A stretch of 64,000 nt of DNA from Trueperaceae bacterium (GCA_965214405.1 OZ243956.1:2720001-2784000), one strand, 5' to 3'; shown: positions 20,038 to 29,741, counted from the first letter of the stretch. Translations and numbers: made by a program. Notes: generated from the letters alone by a model not told the origin.

Positions 20038-20748
20038 ATGACCGTTTTTGCACCTTCTAACTTTACCCAGTCCGGGAAAGGCTGGGCTGCGCCGCCCCAC
20101 GCGCCTCCGTCCCCTCTATGGCCCGCGTCATCCGGCTTCGTCCGCGACTACGCCAAAACCAGCCCCATCTTCTACAGCGGCGACGAGGTGACGGGGCTCT
20201 CGACCGTGGTGTCGGGTCTCGTCAAGCTCGTCCACCTCACCGAGGCGGGGCGCGAGATTACCGTGCGTCTGGCCGGGCCGGGCGACGTGCTCGAGCCCAA
20301 CTTCTTAGACAAAAACGCGCGCCACAGCGCCGACGCGCACCCCGTCACGGCGTACGTCACGCTTAACCATGTGTCCCGCGACGTTTTTTTGCAAGGCCTG
20401 GGCCAGGGAGCCGGTCAGGAGGCGGGTCGGGGGGTGCCGCTCGAGCTTTTCCAAAGGGTGGCGCGGCAGCTCGCCTTGGCCGAGATGCGCGTGGCGTTTT
20501 CAACCTTGCCCATCAACCTGCGCGTCGTGTGGCTGCTGGGCTGGCTGAGCGGGCGCTTCGGGGTGCCGCGTCCTGGCGGCTGGACCGAACTCGCCTTGCC
20601 GCTGACCCACGACGACGTGGCGGGCATCGTCAACTCGACGCGGGTCACGGTCACGACGATGTTTAAGCAGTTGCGTGAGGAGGGGCGCTTGAGGGGCTCG
20701 AGGGGCCGCTATTTTGTTAGGAGATTGCCGCAGGGTTATCCGCACTAG
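20038..20748 (+). CDS. Crp/Fnr-family transcriptional regulator
   Basis: SGLVKLV...GRE...GPGD; HTH LTHDDVAGIVNSTRVTVT; RBS AAGGAGG. Confidence 0.9.
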   Translation: MTVFAPSNFTQSGKGWAAPPHAPPSPLWPASSGFVRDYAKTSPIFYSGDEVTGLSTVVSGLVKLVHLTEAGREITVRLAGPGDVLEPNFLDKNARHSADAHPVTAYVTLNHVSRDVFLQGLGQGAGQEAGRGVPLELFQRVARQLALAEMRVAFSTLPINLRVVWLLGWLSGRFGVPRPGGWTELALPLTHDDVAGIVNSTRVTVTTMFKQLREEGRLRGSRGRYFVRRLPQGYPH

Positions 20749-20771
20749 CGGTTCAGATGTTATAGGCACTC

Positions 20772-20812
20772 GCAATTTTGTTCAAGACCCCATAATCCTG
20801 AACGGCTAAGCT
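20772..20812 (+). promoter_or_regulatory. Activator box 4 (GCAATTTTGTTCAAGAC) plus -10 TAAGCT
   Basis: Box 20772-20788, 18-nt gap, TAAGCT 20807-20812. Confidence 0.8.
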
Positions 20813-20962
20813 TTTATGTAAAGGCCAAAAAGGAGGTTTTAGAGCGCCCGTCAAACAGTATTCACAATATATCCGTGAAAAAGGCGGCGGCCCATCCGCG
20901 CGAGTGCCGTCGCTCGTGACCGCCGCCCACGCCCACCCCCACACGAACAGGAGCTAGACAGC

Positions 20963-22144
20963 ATGAACTTAACCCCAAAACGTTTTGCCCTTTTGATTCT
21001 CAGCTTTGTTTTTCTTACTGGTGTTACTTTCGCTCAAGAGGAGGGCGGCAACGACGACGACGTCGCCCCCGCGCCCGCTTCGATTGGCGCGGACGTGCCC
21101 CTGACCTATTTTGGTCCCGCACCCTCGCAGGTGCAGCGCGAACTCATCGGGCCGTACCAGCTTCTCAAGGCGGGAACGGTCGATCTAGAAGCCGGGACCG
21201 TCACGCTGCCCTTGTACCGGGGACAGATGGCCTCGGGTGAATCCGTCTGGTACATCGTGACCGACACCAACGACGAAGCCAACGCGGCGGCCTTGGGTCT
21301 CAACCATTCGTCCAAGCTCACCTACGCCAACGTCGGGCGCGGGGCGCGGACGGCGCGGCTCGAGCCCGACGCCTCCTTGACCTTTATGCAGGGCACCGTG
21401 GACTTTTCGCCCGAGCACGTGCTCACCCCCGGCGAGGCCCCCAACTTCTTCCCGCCCGCCGAATTCCAACCCGGCTCGGTCGGCGACGAGGACTACAGCC
21501 CGCTGGTCATGATCGAGAACGCGGGCGGCTACGTCTACAACGCGCCTATAGTCGCGTTTGACGTTGAAGCCGAAGAACTCAACTTTTGCAACGGCGACGT
21601 CGACTATGGTCTCGTTCACGACAAGGTCCTGAACATCTGTCCGCAAGAGCAGACGGTGACCTTGGCGCTCACCCCCGGCTTCTCCTTCGCCCGCCCCAAC
21701 CTCTACCTCAGTATGGACTCGAACAATCCGCTCGCCGCCACCCTGGAAGCGGTCACGCTCGCGCCCGGCTTAGACGACATCACCGTGGGCCGCGACGATT
21801 CATTCACAAGCGCGGTCGAGCGCATCTTCGTCTTTACCAACGGCCACACAGGCGCGGACAACCCGCACCGCCAGGGCCTTAACAGCGCGATTAGCGACGG
21901 GCGCAGCGCGCTCAACGTTCTGGGCGGTATCCCCACCATCGCCACCGACTATAGCCCCCTGTGGGACATGAATTTGGGCGAGTGGACGCAAGAGGCGATT
22001 GACGCGGGCTACCGGAGTCGGCTCATCGAGGAGTTCCAGATTTTGGGCTTCGTCGTAGACGGCTGGGTCACGGGGCCGGGCGGCGAGCCTTACGGCTCGG
22101 TCGGCATCATCGTCAACTGCCCCATTGTTTTCCGCTTTCTCTAA
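20963..22144 (+). CDS. Exported acidic protein of unknown function
   Basis: Signal peptide ending TFA-Q; internally repeated YSPL motif; C-terminal VNCPIV; RBS AGGAG. Confidence 0.85.
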   Translation: MNLTPKRFALLILSFVFLTGVTFAQEEGGNDDDVAPAPASIGADVPLTYFGPAPSQVQRELIGPYQLLKAGTVDLEAGTVTLPLYRGQMASGESVWYIVTDTNDEANAAALGLNHSSKLTYANVGRGARTARLEPDASLTFMQGTVDFSPEHVLTPGEAPNFFPPAEFQPGSVGDEDYSPLVMIENAGGYVYNAPIVAFDVEAEELNFCNGDVDYGLVHDKVLNICPQEQTVTLALTPGFSFARPNLYLSMDSNNPLAATLEAVTLAPGLDDITVGRDDSFTSAVERIFVFTNGHTGADNPHRQGLNSAISDGRSALNVLGGIPTIATDYSPLWDMNLGEWTQEAIDAGYRSRLIEEFQILGFVVDGWVTGPGGEPYGSVGIIVNCPIVFRFL

Positions 22145-22163
22145 GTTTTACCAATCTCTCGAT

Positions 22164-22195
22164 ACCCCGGAACTCGGTTTCCGGGGTGTTTTTTT
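22164..22195 (+). terminator. Intrinsic terminator inside an apparent operon
   Basis: ACCCCGGAA-ctcggt-TTCCGGGGT followed by G and a T7 tract. Confidence 0.8.
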
Positions 22196-22209
22196 AGTAA
22201 GGAGACCTG

Positions 22210-23601
22210 ATGAACCGACCTGTGAAAAGGATGCGGGTCCTTTTGGCGCTACTTGCTCTGTCTTTGACTCTGCCTTTCAACCTATCTTTTGCTCAGTCTC
22301 TTGACGTGTCTGCGGGACACGCCCAAGACGCCGCCTTTGTGAACGAGTGGATGACGCTGCTTTACGCCCGCGTCAAGGGCGAGAGCGTCACGCCGCCCGT
22401 CGCCGCCCGCGTATTCGCTTACACCGGCCTTACCATGAACGAAACGCTCGCCGTGCTGGGTGAGGCGGGTTCGCTCGAGCCCAAGATGCGGGCGGGCTTA
22501 GCGCTTCCCCAACCCGACCCCGCCCAGACGTACGACACCCTCACCGTCATGAGCGCCGCACTCCATACGGTGACGTCGGGGCTTATGAGGGAGAACAGCG
22601 AGATGTGGCAGCCGTTTGCGATAAGCGCCCTCGAGACCAAACGCGCCCTCTCCGCCTTGCACGCTGAACAAGTTGCGGCAATGCGGGAGGAAGCGGGAGA
22701 CGAGACTTTAAGCGCGTCGCTCGGGCTAGGCGCGGAGATTGGGGGGGCGGTGCTTACCTGGGCCGAAACGGACGGGTTTGCCGACGCGCGTGACGCCATG
22801 TACGCCTCCTCCGCCGACCTTGCCGCCGCTCACGCTGAAGATGCGTCCCTATGGACGTCGCGCGGCGCGGGGCGCACGCCGATTCAGCCTTTTTGGGGAC
22901 AGGTCGCGCCGCTAATCACTCCTCCCGAGGCCTGCCACGTGCCTCTGGGCATGGCCTTCGACCTCACCCCCGGCTCCGCCTTTTACGCGCAGCTCACGGA
23001 AGTCCATGAGACCTCGCAGACGTTGAGCGAGGACGAACGCGACGCGGCCTACTTCTGGGACGACGAGCCCGTCGAGACGGGCACCATCGGCGGGCATTTT
23101 CTGATGCTCGGCGCGATGATGGTTGAGCGGCAAGCGCTGAGTTTACCCGACGCCGCCAGGCTTTACGCTGTGCTCGGCACCGCGCTCCACGACGCCTTCA
23201 TCTCGGCATGGTGGTCAAAGTACGAAGTCATGCTGGTCAGGCCCGAAACGCTCATCCGCGAGACGCTTGACCCCGACTGGCGGCCCCTCTTGCAAACGCC
23301 CAACTTCCCCGAGTACCCCTCGGGTCACGCGGTGGCGGGCGCGGCTGCCGCCGAGGTGCTGACGCACGCTTTTGGCGAGGTGGCTTTCAGCGACCCCTAC
23401 GGCGTGCGGAATTCGCGCAGCGGGTTTGCGGCGCACGACCAAGAAGCCATGACCCGCGCTTTTACGTCGTTTCGTGACGCGGCCCTGGAGAACGCGGCCT
23501 CGAGGCTCTACGGCGGCGTCCATTACCGCGTCGCGGCGGAACACGGGATGACGCAGGGCGAATGCGTGGCGCGGCGTGTGCTGGACGAGTTAGCGCCTTA
23601 G
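22210..23601 (+). CDS. Exported vanadium-dependent haloperoxidase / PAP2-superfamily enzyme
   Basis: Signal peptide; W.SKY....RP, FPEYPSGH and SRLYGGVHY vanadate/phosphate motifs. Confidence 0.88.
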   Translation: MNRPVKRMRVLLALLALSLTLPFNLSFAQSLDVSAGHAQDAAFVNEWMTLLYARVKGESVTPPVAARVFAYTGLTMNETLAVLGEAGSLEPKMRAGLALPQPDPAQTYDTLTVMSAALHTVTSGLMRENSEMWQPFAISALETKRALSALHAEQVAAMREEAGDETLSASLGLGAEIGGAVLTWAETDGFADARDAMYASSADLAAAHAEDASLWTSRGAGRTPIQPFWGQVAPLITPPEACHVPLGMAFDLTPGSAFYAQLTEVHETSQTLSEDERDAAYFWDDEPVETGTIGGHFLMLGAMMVERQALSLPDAARLYAVLGTALHDAFISAWWSKYEVMLVRPETLIRETLDPDWRPLLQTPNFPEYPSGHAVAGAAAAEVLTHAFGEVAFSDPYGVRNSRSGFAAHDQEAMTRAFTSFRDAALENAASRLYGGVHYRVAAEHGMTQGECVARRVLDELAP

Positions 23602-23631
23602 TCTCTCCTCGAGAAGCGCCCAGCAGCGCCC

Positions 23632-23673
23632 GCAACTTCGTTCAAGACCCCCGCGGTGTGAGAATTTTACACT
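23632..23673 (+). promoter_or_regulatory. Activator box 5 (GCAACTTCGTTCAAGAC) plus -10 TACACT
   Basis: Box 23632-23648, identical to box 1; 19-nt gap; TACACT 23668-23673. Confidence 0.8.
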
Positions 23674-23821
23674 GACCTTCGCAGCATCTCAGGGAGGTAA
23701 CGATTGACGGCTCGAACCCAAGTGACGCGTGTGTATAAGTTTTGACGGCGGCAAAAAAGTGCCCCAAAGGGTGTTAACGGCACCCCTGGGGCAAAGACAT
23801 CCCCTCGGAAAGGAATATCGC

Positions 23822-26020
23822 ATGTACTCTATCAGAACGTTTCGTGTGGTACCAAAATTTGCACGTTTGTTGGGCCTGTGTTTATCTTTGAGTTTATCTC
23901 TGGGTTTTGCACAGCAAACAGGCGGAACCAACCAGACTCAAAATCAAACAAACCAAAACCAGGCGGCGCAATCACGGATGACGATGGCCTTTGAAAGCTC
24001 CCAGGCGGAGTTTCGCATCGCCAGCACGCTCGACACGCTCGTGGCGGACGACGAGAGCCAGACGACCGTCTTGGCGCTTCTCTCGACGGAAGACGGCAAC
24101 ACCATCACGGGCGAGCGGGTCCGCTTCGTGGTGCAGAGCGGCAACGCCTTTTTTGGCGACACCGGCAAGAGCGTGACCGTCGACGCCGAAGAGGTCGGTA
24201 ACGGCGTCTACGCGGCCCGCATGCGCGCGGGCAACGTCGAGGGACCCGTGACGGTGGCGGCCATCTGGGTGAGCGCGCCCGGCTCGACGCTGCCGCAGGT
24301 AACGACCTCGGTGGATTTGGTCACGGCGAACGACCTGACAGTTGAGGTTGAAGACGACGTGCTGCTAGACGACGGGCAGGACAACTCGACAATTATCGCC
24401 TACCTCAAAGACGGGCTCAACCGCCCCGTCAACAACGCCAACGTGACGTTTAGGTTGTTGCGCGGCTCGGGCACGCTCTCGCCCGTGGCGACGCGGGGCA
24501 GCAACGGGCGTTACGCGGCGGTCTATCAGGCGGGCACGACGACGGGCGACGCGGAGATCGAGGTGGCCCTGCCGACCAACACGCAGATGCTCCGCCAGAC
24601 CGTCACCATCAGCGTGGTCGAGGCGACCTCGCTCGAGGCCGAGGCCTTCCCCACGCAAATCGCGCGCCGCACGGACGACGGCGCCATCGAGCAGGCGCAC
24701 ACCTCCACCATTTTGGTGCCCGTCCGCGACGGCGACGGCGACTTGGTCCGCGGGCTCGGCGCGGGGGACTTGGTCGCGCAGGTGGTCAGCGGTCCGGGCA
24801 CCGTCATGGGTCCCGAGGAGGTCATCCTCGCCGACGGCAAGCGCGCGGGGGTTTATAAATTTACCTTCGCCTCGAGCGGCACCACCGGCTCCTCTACGGT
24901 TCGCGTGACCAACCTCTCCTCGCCCTCGCAAGTCTCGGCGGACGCCACGGTCGAGACCGTGACGCAAGTTAACCCGAGCCGCGTCAACAGCTTGCAGGTG
25001 CGCACCTACGCCGACGACCCCTTCTACGCCGACGGCGGCTCCGACGCGGCGTTTTTTCTCCTGGCGGCGGACCGCTCCGGCAACGCCGTGCCCAGCTTGG
25101 GCCGCGACCTAGACATCGACGTGGTCGGGGGCCAAGGCAGCGTGAGCGGCGTGGGCACCGAACTCGGTAACTTGGCCGCTCGCAGCGTCGGCTCGGGCAT
25201 TTATGTGGCGACCTACCGCTCGGGCTCGAGCGCGCTCGACACCAACGCGCAGCTCCGCGCCACCTTCGTGAATGACGACGGCACCATCATCACCGAGGAG
25301 ATGGACGTCAACGCGACGCCCCTCGGCTCGCCGCGCATCGTGATTTTCCCCGAGAGCATCCCGGCGGACCGGAGCGCGCTGGCGACCATCGACATTTTCG
25401 ACTTTGACGCGCGCAGCCTCTCGGACTTGCAGGCGGCGGGGCTCATGAATGTGCAGGCCGACTCGCGCTACCGCGTGAACTTAGTCAGCGGCCCCGGCAC
25501 GATTGAAGAGGGCGGCGCGCGCAACACCTACGACCTGGTGAGTAACGACAGCGTCAGCACCAGCGTCTTTGAGGTGGGCGGCACGCTGGCCGCCGGGTCG
25601 GACCAGAACGTCGACATCCGCGTGATCGACTTGGCGGCGTCGGGCTATCCCGCGACCGAGGCGTCGTTGGACTTGGGGCAAAATACGACGCTCGAGGCCG
25701 TCACGGTGCCCGAAATCGTCGACCAGGGCGACACGCTGGAGATTATCGTCTTCGCGTTTGACGAGTTCGGTAAGCCCGCCACGGGGCACGACCTGACCAT
25801 GACCGTCACCTCGGGGAGCGCGCAGGGGCTCAATAACGGGCGGCTTATCGACAACGGCTCGAGCGTCGAGGGCTACCGCGACCCCTTTGCGAACGACGGC
25901 ATGTACGTGGGCGCGTTGGCGGCCACGGGCGCGCAGGGCGACACCATCGACCTGACCATCACCGACCTGACCTCGCCCAATCAGCCCGAAACGACGCTGA
26001 CCATCACCGTCGGCGAATAG
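23822..26020 (+). CDS. Exported Ig-like (invasin/Big_1-type) repeat protein
   Basis: Signal peptide ending GFA-Q; repeated ADG..S.I...D..G..V and G.Y.A.Y..G beta-sandwich units; RBS GGAAAGGA before ATG 23822. Confidence 0.8.
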   Translation: MYSIRTFRVVPKFARLLGLCLSLSLSLGFAQQTGGTNQTQNQTNQNQAAQSRMTMAFESSQAEFRIASTLDTLVADDESQTTVLALLSTEDGNTITGERVRFVVQSGNAFFGDTGKSVTVDAEEVGNGVYAARMRAGNVEGPVTVAAIWVSAPGSTLPQVTTSVDLVTANDLTVEVEDDVLLDDGQDNSTIIAYLKDGLNRPVNNANVTFRLLRGSGTLSPVATRGSNGRYAAVYQAGTTTGDAEIEVALPTNTQMLRQTVTISVVEATSLEAEAFPTQIARRTDDGAIEQAHTSTILVPVRDGDGDLVRGLGAGDLVAQVVSGPGTVMGPEEVILADGKRAGVYKFTFASSGTTGSSTVRVTNLSSPSQVSADATVETVTQVNPSRVNSLQVRTYADDPFYADGGSDAAFFLLAADRSGNAVPSLGRDLDIDVVGGQGSVSGVGTELGNLAARSVGSGIYVATYRSGSSALDTNAQLRATFVNDDGTIITEEMDVNATPLGSPRIVIFPESIPADRSALATIDIFDFDARSLSDLQAAGLMNVQADSRYRVNLVSGPGTIEEGGARNTYDLVSNDSVSTSVFEVGGTLAAGSDQNVDIRVIDLAASGYPATEASLDLGQNTTLEAVTVPEIVDQGDTLEIIVFAFDEFGKPATGHDLTMTVTSGSAQGLNNGRLIDNGSSVEGYRDPFANDGMYVGALAATGAQGDTIDLTITDLTSPNQPETTLTITVGE

Positions 26021-26066
26021 AGGTCGGTGCTTTGTAAGTCCGCCCTACAGGTCTACCCAAGTCCGA

Positions 26067-26097
26067 GGAGAGGGACGCCGCGTGTCCCTCTCCCTTT
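26067..26097 (+). terminator. Hairpin, probable terminator
   Basis: GGAGAGGGAC-gccgcgt-GTCCCTCTCC then CTTT. Confidence 0.65.
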
Positions 26098-26180
26098 CAA
26101 CCTTCTTAGACCCCCTTTCAAATCTAAGCTGTTACATCTCTTTCACATCTCCTTGTTCAACCTATGAACCTATCTAAGGA

Positions 26181-28250
26181 GTGAACTCCATGAACAGCCA
26201 CAAAACGCACCTCATCCTCCTGCTCGCTGCGGTGCTCCTCTGGAGCGCGTTGCTGGTCGGCGCGTCGAGGCAAGACCAAGCCGACAGCCCGGACGCGTTG
26301 CGCGACTTTATCGGTCAGCAGGTCGGCGGCTTAGAGAACCTGACGGTGCCGGAAGAGAACGCCGACCTGCCGGAGCCGCGGCTCGAGAGTGGCGGCCCGG
26401 ACCCGCAATTCGAGACCACCGAGGCCAAGCGCTACCTCGGCAAAATGCTCTTCTATGACCCGGTCCGGACGGTCAGAATCATGCCGGAGTTCGGCGGTTT
26501 GCCCGTCACGGCGTCGACCGCCTCTTGCGGTAGCTGTCACATGCCCGAGGCGGCGGGGAAAGCCGGTACGCTTCTCAACTTCGCCGTGGGCGGCGAAGGG
26601 CGGGGGTACCTAGACGCCGCGGGCAACTTTGTCCCGCGTAGGCGGCCTCGAGCCGAAGTCCCCATCCTACGCTCCACCCCGCTCTACCCCGGCGACACGC
26701 TCCAAGACGAGATCCCCACGCTCACCGACCTCTACGAGAACGCGGTGGGCACGCCCGCCAGGGGCCGCAAGCTGCCCGACCCCGGCGCGCTGGTGCGCAC
26801 GGGTCGCCTCGACGCGCTTGACAGCGTGGCCAGGAACGCCCCCACCATCATCGGCTCAGCCTATAACAACCGCCTCCTGTTGGGCGGGTTCGCGGGCGAG
26901 CCCGACACGTCGCCCGGCGGCCTCAACCCGTTCGGCTTCACCGCCGTGGAAAGCTTGACGCTCCTCCTGCTCGACGCGCACCGGATGCTGGAGGCCCAGG
27001 GGGCCGAACTTCAGAAGTACCCGACCTTTGAGAAGCTCTTCCGGGACGCGTTTCCCGAGGAGGCCGCGCAAGCGGACGCCGCCAACGACCCCAATCTGCT
27101 CATCAACGACCAAACCGTCATCCGCGCGACGGCGACCTTTTTGCGGACCGCGGTTTCACGCAACACGCCCTGGGACGCGTTTTTGGCCGGGGACAACGCT
27201 GCGCTGACGCCCGCCCAGCAGCGCGGCGCCGAGCTGTTCTTTACCTCCGCCCCGGCGGGCGGGGCCGGGTGCTACACCTGCCACAGCGGCCCCATGCTCA
27301 ACAAGCAAGTCGACGACCCCGACGTGGCCGGGGCGGGTCAATTTGTGGAGGAGAACTTCTACAACCTAGGCCTCGCCGACCACCCGCTCCAGGTCTTAAA
27401 CGTGGTGGAGAGAAACGAGCCCGACTACCGCGACAACGGACGCCAGGAGATTACCGGCCTCGCCGACGACGCCTTTAAGTTCCGCGTGCTGACGCTGCGG
27501 CAGCTTAGAGACGGCAAGTTTTACTTCCATAACAGTTCTTTTACGGACGTAAGGGACATCGTGGAGTATTTCAACGCGGGCGTGCCGCAAGACCCCTCTA
27601 CCGCCGCGGCGGGCACGCTCACGCCTCGCTTTACCAACCCCCGCGGACCCGGCTCGTCCCCCGGCTTAGGGCTTAGTGACGTTCAGGTGGACGACCTCAC
27701 CGATTTTCTCGTAAACGGTCTCTACGACCCGGCGCTCCTCGAGTACGACCCCGACTCGACCACAGAGACATTGGGACCGAACCCGGAGGACCTGACCTAC
27801 TCGGTCTACCGCCCCGACTTAGCGGCTCTGGGCGCGGTTGACGGACGGATGCCCAGCGGCCTGCCCCAATCGAACAACGACCCCCTGTCCCGGCGCGACA
27901 TGGGCTTAGAATTCCTCGACGTGACCCCGCAGATGGAGGTGGCGCTGCTCGACGCCAGCCGCGACCCCAGCAGCAACAGTCAGCGCGACGAGCATGAGTT
28001 CATCAACGATAGTGCGTCAATCATCGACACGCACCTGCTCGTCGTCGTCGAGGGTCTCGCGCCCGAAGTCACCCTGACGAACGCCAGCGGGGTCACGAGT
28101 GACGGCGAACCCTATCTGCGTGTGTTCTTGTCTGAGGGCGTTTTGCTTCCGACCTCGAGCGTCGTCAAAACCCTCCTCTTCGAGGGGATGCCCGAAGGCG
28201 CGCCGGTGACGTACACCCTTAAACTTCTCTCGGGGCAGGGCACCCCGTGA
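26181..28250 (+). CDS. Large exported di-haem cytochrome c peroxidase/MauG-superfamily protein
   Basis: Signal peptide; LGKMLFYDP, CGSCH, RNAPT, RGAELF, CYTCH, FRVLTLR, YFHN. Confidence 0.88.
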   Translation: MNSMNSHKTHLILLLAAVLLWSALLVGASRQDQADSPDALRDFIGQQVGGLENLTVPEENADLPEPRLESGGPDPQFETTEAKRYLGKMLFYDPVRTVRIMPEFGGLPVTASTASCGSCHMPEAAGKAGTLLNFAVGGEGRGYLDAAGNFVPRRRPRAEVPILRSTPLYPGDTLQDEIPTLTDLYENAVGTPARGRKLPDPGALVRTGRLDALDSVARNAPTIIGSAYNNRLLLGGFAGEPDTSPGGLNPFGFTAVESLTLLLLDAHRMLEAQGAELQKYPTFEKLFRDAFPEEAAQADAANDPNLLINDQTVIRATATFLRTAVSRNTPWDAFLAGDNAALTPAQQRGAELFFTSAPAGGAGCYTCHSGPMLNKQVDDPDVAGAGQFVEENFYNLGLADHPLQVLNVVERNEPDYRDNGRQEITGLADDAFKFRVLTLRQLRDGKFYFHNSSFTDVRDIVEYFNAGVPQDPSTAAAGTLTPRFTNPRGPGSSPGLGLSDVQVDDLTDFLVNGLYDPALLEYDPDSTTETLGPNPEDLTYSVYRPDLAALGAVDGRMPSGLPQSNNDPLSRRDMGLEFLDVTPQMEVALLDASRDPSSNSQRDEHEFINDSASIIDTHLLVVVEGLAPEVTLTNASGVTSDGEPYLRVFLSEGVLLPTSSVVKTLLFEGMPEGAPVTYTLKLLSGQGTP

Positions 28251-28319
28251 GCCCAAAACGAGGCTGACTATGACTTAATCATAACCGTCAGCGCGTAAGG
28301 CCACACGTTTTACGAACCT

Positions 28320-28348
28320 AAGGAGAGGGGCGCACACTCCTCTCCTTT
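28320..28348 (+). terminator. Hairpin between the di-haem gene and the P460 gene
   Basis: AAGGAGAGG-n10-CCTCTCCTT; short T tract. Confidence 0.45.
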
Positions 28349-28385
28349 ACGCGTACACGTACCCGTACACCCATAAAGGAGCGAC

Positions 28386-28919
28386 ATGAACGTCCAAAAA
28401 ACAGACCTCACCTTCTTGCTCGCCATCACGCTCATCTGGACCCTTCTGCTCTTAGGCGCGTCGGCGCAAACGGACGAGGCCACAGCATCTAGCACAGCGT
28501 CCAACACGGAATCTAACACCGTACTCAGCACCGCGGCTGAGCTTTTCCCCTACTTGCAAGCGGGCACCTACCAAAGTTTTAGCGCCGAGTCCGCGCCGCA
28601 CGCGTCGGTTGGGGCGCACGGTTTGGTGCGGACCTTTGTGAACCCGATTTTGGAAGAGGCGTTGGCGGCGGGGAGCGCCACGCACCCGGCGGGCTCGGCG
28701 GCGGTCAAGGAGCTTTATGACGGGGGCGAGCTTGCGGGTTGGGCCGTCTACGTCAAGACGCAAGAGGATTCGGCGGGGGGTAGCGGGTTTTACTGGTACG
28801 AAGTCTCGAGCACCACCGACCCAACCCAGGTCGTTGCAGATGGCAACGGGGTGCAACCCTGCGTCGGCTGTCACGCCGCGGGTACAGATTTTACGCGGTC
28901 GGCTTATCCGCTTCAATAA
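28386..28919 (+). CDS. Cytochrome P460-family protein
   Basis: Signal peptide; PAGSAAVKELY, GFYWYE and a single C-terminal CVGCH. Confidence 0.8.
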   Translation: MNVQKTDLTFLLAITLIWTLLLLGASAQTDEATASSTASNTESNTVLSTAAELFPYLQAGTYQSFSAESAPHASVGAHGLVRTFVNPILEEALAAGSATHPAGSAAVKELYDGGELAGWAVYVKTQEDSAGGSGFYWYEVSSTTDPTQVVADGNGVQPCVGCHAAGTDFTRSAYPLQ

Positions 28920-29045
28920 TTTCAAAAGTAGAGAATGCGAGTGCGCTGCTTAGAGCCAGACGTGCTGATAAACGCCGCAGTCTGCTCGAGGCCACCACCC
29001 ATGAGGTCATTCGGGTAGGCTAAGCTAAGCTCGAGAGGAGACACT

Positions 29046-29741
29046 ATGGGCACAACCGCGCTCGTTACCGGCGGCAACCGGGGCATCGGCCTTGAAGTCT
29101 GCCGCCAACTCGCACAAAAAGGTTACGCCGTCGTCCTCGGCTCGCGCGACGCGGCCAAAGGAGAGGCGGCGGCGAAGAGACTGAAGGGCGAAGGGCTCGA
29201 AATAACCGCTAAGCAACTCGACGTAACGGACGAAAAAACCTTACGCGACCTTTATGGGTGGGCCGAAAAAGAGTACGGACGCCTGGACGTGCTCGTCAAC
29301 AACGCGGGAACCGACTACGACACCGACCAAAACGTCCTCACCGCCGACTTGGACCGGGTGAGGCGGGCCTTTGGCGTGAACACGCTCGGGCCGTGGCGGG
29401 TAGCGCAGACTTTCATGCCGCTTCTCAAAAAAAGCGCGCATGGACGCTTGGTAAACGTCTCCTCCGGCGCGGGCTCTTTACACAGCATGTCGGGCGGCAC
29501 GCCTGCTTACAGCCTCTCCAAAGCCGCATTGAACGCGCTCACGCTGATGCTCGCAGCCGAACTCAAGGGGAGCGGGATTTTGGTCAACGCCGTGTGTCCG
29601 GGTTGGGTGGCAACCGACATGGGCGGCGCGGGCGGACGCCCCGTGGAAGAGGGCGCGGCGAGCGTGGTCTGGGCCGCTACCTTGCCCGACGACGGGCCGA
29701 CGGGCGGGTTTTTTCGGGACGGGAAGCGAGTGGACTGGTAA
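29046..29741 (+). CDS. SDR oxidoreductase (carbonyl reductase-like)
   Basis: TGGNRGIG, NNAG, YSLSK, CPGWVATDMGG. Confidence 0.93.
   Translation: MGTTALVTGGNRGIGLEVCRQLAQKGYAVVLGSRDAAKGEAAAKRLKGEGLEITAKQLDVTDEKTLRDLYGWAEKEYGRLDVLVNNAGTDYDTDQNVLTADLDRVRRAFGVNTLGPWRVAQTFMPLLKKSAHGRLVNVSSGAGSLHSMSGGTPAYSLSKAALNALTLMLAAELKGSGILVNAVCPGWVATDMGGAGGRPVEEGAASVVWAATLPDDGPTGGFFRDGKRVDW

Noticed and set aside
23680..23821. Riboswitch in the leader of the Ig-repeat gene
   Set aside because: One hairpin is present but I could not match any known aptamer consensus; an Rfam search is needed
26097..26130. Seventh activator box upstream of the di-haem gene (TCAACCTTCTTAGAC...TAAGCT)
   Set aside because: Two bases short and only 13 nt from the -10, versus 18-19 nt in true copies
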